A DNA stretch of 48,021 bases. Source: a virus. Every line of letters starts with the position of its first letter. Position 1 is the stretch's first letter. The notes below the pieces were generated by a model. It was not told the origin of the DNA, searched no databases, and was given only the letters and a program-made list of their open reading frames with translations. Both the position numbers and the translations under genes were made by a program. The stretch is taken from positions 1-48,021 of the IMG/VR virus record IMGVR_UViG_3300037721_000009; one strand, 5' to 3'. Shown here piece by piece: positions 43,227 to 48,021 of this stretch.

Positions 43227-45913
43227 GGGGCTAGATCGTCATCGGATAGATATACCCTACTATCATACCCTACTGCCTCTACTGAAGTTTCCGGGTAGCT
43301 GCTTGGATTTACCGACGTAATCAGAACCTTGTATGCCCAAGAGACGACAGGGCCAAACAATATGTGAGGTGGCTCTATGCCGTTATCCCATGAAGTGTCT
43401 GGCGTGAAGTCTAGCGACGGTATGGATACATGGTAATCGTCAATCCGAGTTGCGGTATAGGGTCCAGATAGTGTTCCGTCAAGCTTTCGGATAGACAAGG
43501 CATAAGTGCCAGGCTCAGACCAGTCTAAAGGCTCAGAAGACTCAAGCACGACTGCGCCAACGATTGTTTGATATCCAAGCAAAAGAGCCGATTGTCCGTA
43601 CCCTGGAATATCCGAGGAAACCGCACAGTAAGACAGGTAGCGGCTGTTCATAGCATCGCCAGGGGTGCTGAAACTGAAGCTGTCGCGTCGATACTCATGG
43701 ATTCTTCGGCGCCTCATGCCGAACTGGTATGCCTTATCCTTGTCCGTCACACCTGGCGCTGTAATCTTCTCTACACGCCTCCCTTGCAGTGGATCGCCAG
43801 GAAGCCGGCAGGTCACAACCTCTTCGGTCCATGTAGTGGAGTCCTGATAGGTAACCTGCACCCCATCAAAGTCGTTATCTGACTTCAGATCTGAATCCAT
43901 CTTCAGATCGCCCAGCATGTTTTGTGCGCTGTATCCCTGCTCAAGCGTTGTTCTAGGCTCATCGCGTACAGGTCGGATTATTCCTCGATCAACTGTTAGT
44001 TCTGAGAACCCAGCACCAAAGATGTCGTTTAGCACATCCTTAACGGTGCGCTCTTCGGTGACAGCCATATCAAACTTGTCGGAACGCGTAGCCCATACGC
44101 CATCGGAAAGCCTGTCTATCTCGGTAAGGTCAAGATCATCGTCAGTTAGGCCAACAGACTTTGCAACATATATAGCAGCCGGAGCAATGGCCCTAGTTGG
44201 CTGTTGAGGTAGCCAAACTCCACCGCTTCTTACTGGAAGAATTCGTGTAGCAACGACGTTGATCTGGCTTTCAGACTGCGCCGAGATTCGGTCAGAGATT
44301 TGAATGCGACCTGTGATTACTGTGCACCCTGGATATACAGTAGGAGCAGTAAGCCTAGATTTAAGAGAAAGCCATTGCACGGTGCTGCGAACTTGAACGT
44401 TAGTGACCAGTGGCGCAGTTTTACGCATGCGAACCTCTGGACGCATCGCATAAGGAAGAGAGATGGTGGTAGTTATACCGATCTGGTCTGGAGTTGCGTC
44501 AGTTCGAGAATATGACAGAGTTGTCCATGCCTCGCTGATAGCAGTATCTCTGTACTCGAGTTGCCAGCTTGCGCTAACGAGTTCGGGATCTCCGTTTGAG
44601 TTATATTTTATGAGGCCTTCAGGAAATAGCACATCAAACTGAATGCTTGAAGTAAGCTCGCCTAGCGGGCAAGCAGGGAACGGTCCGCGCCATCCACCCT
44701 GCAAGCTGCCAGAGTCTAGCCGGATAGAGCCGGAGCTAGTGGTTAGGGCATTGAACCCTGGAAAGCTTGAGTCTGAAGAGCCGGATGAGTCTAGGCGCTC
44801 AACTGTGATCGCTGAAGATGTCTTAGCAAGAATCTTGAACCGCAATCCGGCAGGACCAATAGACGCAGGACCTGTACCCGTTGTAAGGCTGTTAGCGGGA
44901 GCGCCGCCAGTAAAATCTAGAGTGAGATTGGTTCCGTCCCATCCATTGATCGTGTAAAGACCGGCGTTAGTTCCTGCTACCTCGATAGCTTGCCCTACCA
45001 CTGGAGCCAGCATAGATAGCGGGCCGGTGATGATGTCACGCGCAGTTCCGCCGCCATCGGCGACGGTGTATGTGTAAGGGGCCTGGATGCGGACGATCAT
45101 GCCCACGGTCCAGTCAGACGGAAAACTTCCTGCGCCGCTTGGAATGGTGACCACGTACCCGTTGAAATTCAAAGATGAGGCGGTCACGGCTGCGGTTATG
45201 TTTGTAGACGCGGTCAGGTCAAGCCCTGCGGCTCCTGTGGAGTCCGCACCTACCTCGGTCGCTGTATGCCACCACTCAGCAGCCGGATCACCTGCAAGGC
45301 TTTCACCCGGCCCGTATATCTCATATTCAGCCTCTGCCCCAAGCGCTAACAGAGAGGTTTCACCAATACGAACATCAAGAGCGCCAATGTCAAACTCACC
45401 AACACCGATGTTCATCAGGAAGCGGGTTTGTTGCACTCTAAGGCCTGAGAAATATTTGTGCGGAGGCAGAAGATAGTCCGGGTAGATCTTCTGCTTTCCG
45501 AATGACTCGCGCACAACCTCGCCCAGCTTTACCTTGTTTCCTCGAACGCTGCCCTGCGAAATATCATCGCCTTGACCTGGCGTGTTCGGGGTGCCTGGAA
45601 GCTTTGGCATAAGCATTCCGAAAACAGCCTTAACGCCAGCAAACAGAGCTGCGGTAATGGAGAACGGGTCGGTACCTTGGGGAATTGCTCGAATTTCTAC
45701 TCTGTCACGCGGACGAAAGAATGTAACTGACCATTCAGACTCTGGAATTACCTCGTCTTCTATCTTAACCAGAGCAGGCATGTAGTCGCCCGGTTTGTAT
45801 CCGCCACTCTTTACGCAGTAGTCATTCAGCCACTCTGCAATTGACATGCGGCGATTTGTTTTTCGTGTGTCGCAAGGTCCGCCATCAAGAAGGTTCGGAA
45901 AAATTTCTATCAC
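43223..45913 (-). CDS. Tail tip / host-specificity protein (lambda J-like, 896 aa)
   Basis: Track ORF. Size and position after the NlpC/P60 tail protein. Confidence 0.7.
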   Translation of the reverse strand: MIEIFPNLLDGGPCDTRKTNRRMSIAEWLNDYCVKSGGYKPGDYMPALVKIEDEVIPESEWSVTFFRPRDRVEIRAIPQGTDPFSITAALFAGVKAVFGMLMPKLPGTPNTPGQGDDISQGSVRGNKVKLGEVVRESFGKQKIYPDYLLPPHKYFSGLRVQQTRFLMNIGVGEFDIGALDVRIGETSLLALGAEAEYEIYGPGESLAGDPAAEWWHTATEVGADSTGAAGLDLTASTNITAAVTASSLNFNGYVVTIPSGAGSFPSDWTVGMIVRIQAPYTYTVADGGGTARDIITGPLSMLAPVVGQAIEVAGTNAGLYTINGWDGTNLTLDFTGGAPANSLTTGTGPASIGPAGLRFKILAKTSSAITVERLDSSGSSDSSFPGFNALTTSSGSIRLDSGSLQGGWRGPFPACPLGELTSSIQFDVLFPEGLIKYNSNGDPELVSASWQLEYRDTAISEAWTTLSYSRTDATPDQIGITTTISLPYAMRPEVRMRKTAPLVTNVQVRSTVQWLSLKSRLTAPTVYPGCTVITGRIQISDRISAQSESQINVVATRILPVRSGGVWLPQQPTRAIAPAAIYVAKSVGLTDDDLDLTEIDRLSDGVWATRSDKFDMAVTEERTVKDVLNDIFGAGFSELTVDRGIIRPVRDEPRTTLEQGYSAQNMLGDLKMDSDLKSDNDFDGVQVTYQDSTTWTEEVVTCRLPGDPLQGRRVEKITAPGVTDKDKAYQFGMRRRRIHEYRRDSFSFSTPGDAMNSRYLSYCAVSSDIPGYGQSALLLGYQTIVGAVVLESSEPLDWSEPGTYALSIRKLDGTLSGPYTATRIDDYHVSIPSLDFTPDTSWDNGIEPPHILFGPVVSWAYKVLITSVNPSSYPETSVEAVGYDSRVYLSDDDLAP

Positions 45914-46298
45914 GATAGAAGGCTACCTTGTAATAAGTCTGTAGGAAGCGGTCTAGAAACATCCAGCGCACACCACTTCCTGGATTGGTTTCCAGTAGAG
46001 CTATCCTACCATCTATCTCCACAGCTACAGCGACGTGTACCATTACGCTGGCTCGAAACACAGCGGCTATATCACCTGGACGCAAATCGGCACACTTCTC
46101 GAGGGACTGTTCGGATACTTGCTTGTACAGTCTCTGCATAGCAACAGGATTATCCCGATTTGCATCGGATGGACCGGCCAATGCAGGCAATCCCATCTCC
46201 GCCCTAACCAGAAGAACGAGCCCCCAGCAATCAAATCCGTTAGGCTCTCTCCCGCCCTTCACGTAAGGAACAAATAGATATTTCTCTACTTCGATCAT
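45885..46298 (-). CDS. NlpC/P60-family tail protein (lambda K-like C-terminal domain, 137 aa)
   Basis: Track ORF. Catalytic Cys motif NGFDCWGLV and a downstream His (MVHVAV). Confidence 0.65.
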   Translation of the reverse strand: MIEVEKYLFVPYVKGGREPNGFDCWGLVLLVRAEMGLPALAGPSDANRDNPVAMQRLYKQVSEQSLEKCADLRPGDIAAVFRASVMVHVAVAVEIDGRIALLETNPGSGVRWMFLDRFLQTYYKVAFYRDRNFSEPS

Positions 46299-46783
46299 GT
46301 TATGTACTTTATCCCCGGCGAGAATTCAGTAGTGTAACGGAATCTAGGCCAAGCAAGATCAATCAACTTCAGGTAGCCCCCCTGCAACTCTACAGTAGGG
46401 CCTTCTGCGCTGAAGTTAAGAGCCTTGAGAACCATTGGCCGCTCGGCTGGCGCAGTGGGGTCTGACTCAAGGTAAAGTCTATAGATCATAAGAACTTCGG
46501 CCCCAGCAGCCTTGGCCGAATCAAGCCTGCGTTGTGCCTCACCTCGAACGTTGTCTATTGCAACGCCTAAGACTTGCGATCCCTGGTTATCCTTTTTTGG
46601 CAGGCTAACATCCATGCCGCTTGCTTCGAACGTGATAACTCGATCATCCTCTAGAGTGAAGGTTTGATCAAAGAATCCCGCGCAAAGGAATAAAGAGTCC
46701 GTCCAAGCCGAGGAAGTAATCTCAAGCGTTGGGATTTCTACATCACTGCCCCCGCTAGACCGGAGAATATCAAGCGGATTCAA
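46295..46783 (-). CDS. Minor tail protein (DUF1833-like, 162 aa)
   Basis: Track ORF immediately after the tape measure gene (ATGA overlap). Family recalled from memory. Confidence 0.55.
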   Translation of the reverse strand: MNPLDILRSSGGSDVEIPTLEITSSAWTDSLFLCAGFFDQTFTLEDDRVITFEASGMDVSLPKKDNQGSQVLGVAIDNVRGEAQRRLDSAKAAGAEVLMIYRLYLESDPTAPAERPMVLKALNFSAEGPTVELQGGYLKLIDLAWPRFRYTTEFSPGIKYIT

Positions 46784-47916
46784 TTGCCTCTCCTTGCTGT
46801 TCCGGTGATTGTGTTTGTTGACTGAGCCGTTTTTCCACCGCCCATCTGATCGCCTACTATAACGTCAATAATAAAAGCTCTATCGGCCTCGCTATATTTG
46901 CTAGTCGCAGTTGCTGCCTGGCCTGAATAGTTGTTGATATTTACAATTGGAGCAGCTGCGCCACCACCACCTGCCCTGGCATCTTTGTTGCTGACAACTT
47001 CACCACGGGTGTTTGGCATCATGTACTGTCGCCCGTTAGCCGCGTTGAATATCTCAGGAGCGCCAGTTTCGTTTACCCGGTACATACCGCCAGCCGCTAC
47101 GCCGCCACCGTACTGGCGACCACCTGCGGACTTTGCAAGGGCCATAGTTGCAAGCAGTGCGGCGCCGCCAATGACAGCCGCGCCGCCAAACGATGCTATA
47201 GACGATAGCCCCGCCGCTGGAGCCATGGAGGTGGCTACGGTTGCGCCAGTTGTTGCGGCTGTAGCGGTCGTGGTTGCAGCGATTGCGCCAGTCGCGCCAG
47301 CCTGAGCAGCGGTAACCGCGCCAATCCCGCCAATGGTTGCGGCTTCCTTGGCCTTGGTCGCGGCCATCATCATGATTTCTTGCTTAACCCAGTCCGTACC
47401 CATCTGTACGAACGAGCCAATCACCGAGTTAAGAACGGTGTTTGCGATGTTACCCATTGCATCGCGTAGGCTCATGGTGCCGGACAACAGCCCTGCCAGC
47501 GCTTGAGTGCCCGAAGTAGACAGCGCCTCAAGGCTGGCAATCATCGCAGCGTTACCGGCTGACTGAGCGGCGAAACGCTGGGTTTCGATCTCCATCATGC
47601 GGGCGTTGTAGTCTGTCTCTGCCTGCTCCTTGAATGTCAGATAGTCCTGATCGCTAAGCATCTTTGCCTGCTTAAGCGTCTCAAGGTCTTTCAGTTGCTT
47701 CTCAAGGGACTGCTGAGCGCCTGCTGCTGGGTCTACTTGGCCGAGAAGGTCTTTGTTGGCCTGAGCTTGGTTGAGGTCGTATAGGGCGCCTGCCATCTCC
47801 CGGACTTGCTTGATCTGCTCCGGAGTAGCGTATTCATTTAGGCTAAGCTCAGCCTGCTGCATTGCCACATCACGAGCTTTTTGGCCTACAGCAGCAATCT
47901 CGGCGCCAAGCTTCGC
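46780..47916 (-). CDS. Tape measure protein, C-terminal part (378 aa + stop; joins 1..1425 across the circular junction for a total of ~853 aa)
   Basis: Track ORF 46780..47868 is in frame with 47916 and there is no stop between them (..AKLGAEIAAVGQKARDVAMQQAELS..). Base 1 equals 47917, so the codon phase is continuous (1425 nt = 475 codons). Confidence 0.85.
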   Translation of the reverse strand, partial: AKLGAEIAAVGQKARDVAMQQAELSLNEYATPEQIKQVREMAGALYDLNQAQANKDLLGQVDPAAGAQQSLEKQLKDLETLKQAKMLSDQDYLTFKEQAETDYNARMMEIETQRFAAQSAGNAAMIASLEALSTSGTQALAGLLSGTMSLRDAMGNIANTVLNSVIGSFVQMGTDWVKQEIMMMAATKAKEAATIGGIGAVTAAQAGATGAIAATTTATAATTGATVATSMAPAAGLSSIASFGGAAVIGGAALLATMALAKSAGGRQYGGGVAAGGMYRVNETGAPEIFNAANGRQYMMPNTRGEVVSNKDARAGGGGAAAPIVNINNYSGQAATATSKYSEADRAFIIDVIVGDQMGGGKTAQSTNTITGTARRGN

Positions 47917-48021
47917 GTAGAGCTCTAGGTTCTGCTCGATTCCGCGCCTTTCTTCGTTAGCTGCACGTTTTGCTAATTGCTCCGCTTCGGTCTTTACCTT
48001 TTTGTTAGTGGCGCCTTCCTG
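47917..48021. repeat. Exact 105-bp terminal duplication, copy 2 (= 1..105)
   Basis: Identical to bases 1-105. Confidence 0.97.

Noticed and set aside
1-48021. Search by eye for tRNA/tmRNA genes, CRISPR arrays, an integrase/attP, a CI-type (S24 peptidase) repressor, and DNA polymerase or primase
   Set aside because: I found none. There is no T-loop/anticodon-arm-like structure in the intergenic gaps, no regularly spaced repeats other than the iterons, and no ORF with tyrosine- or serine-recombinase motifs. The phage lifestyle cannot be decided from this alone. tRNAscan and profile searches would be needed to confirm these negative results.

Overview
The window is a complete dsDNA tailed-phage genome of about 47.9 kb. 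Bases 1-105 are repeated exactly at 47917-48021, and the tape-measure gene reads in frame across that junction. The sequence is therefore a circularly closed or terminally redundant contig that was linearised inside a gene. The layout is siphovirus-like with Gram-negative-type lysis genes: a lambda-S-like holin, a GH24 endolysin and an overlapped i-/o-spanin pair. The minus strand carries two blocks. (a) Late genes: lipoprotein, holin, TerS and TerL (17.1-14.8 kb); then protease/scaffold, capsid, connectors, an Ig-domain major tail protein, chaperone, tape measure, distal tail proteins and a beta-helix tailspike (9.9-0 kb, continuing at 48-40.6 kb). (b) An early operon of about 11 kb (28.7-17.6 kb) with about 30 mostly tiny, translationally coupled ORFs, headed by an AlpA-like HTH gene and a RepA/AAA_25-like helicase gene. 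The plus strand carries a portal + Mu-F-like block that is inverted relative to the other morphogenesis genes and split by a T5orf172/GIY-YIG-like endonuclease gene. It also carries a replication/recombination operon (HNH, SF2 helicase, VRR-NUC, PD-(D/E)XK exonuclease, a mini SSB-like protein), several small HTH proteins and a visibly GC-richer accessory block. I recognised no tRNA, rRNA, CRISPR array, integrase, CI-type repressor, DNA polymerase or primase. Candidates for something undescribed, none provable without searches: (1) a dense iteron array (11 copies of TGCAACC/GGTTGCA in 204 bp) next to the RepA-like helicase, followed by a stand-alone SLOG (DUF2493-like) protein and a lambda-type phosphatase; (2) an exonuclease / 186-aa unknown / 86-aa protein set in which the 86-aa protein ends in the SSB-type ...DDLDIPF tip; (3) an HTH-metallophosphoesterase gene bracketed by hairpins; (4) an opposite-strand two-gene moron inside the tail operon; (5) an RMF-like mini-protein. 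A recurrent minus-strand extended -10 motif (TGnTAAAAT, 5 copies) appears to mark late transcription restarts, one of them inside the protease/scaffold gene. All family names come from motif recognition by eye, not from database searches.
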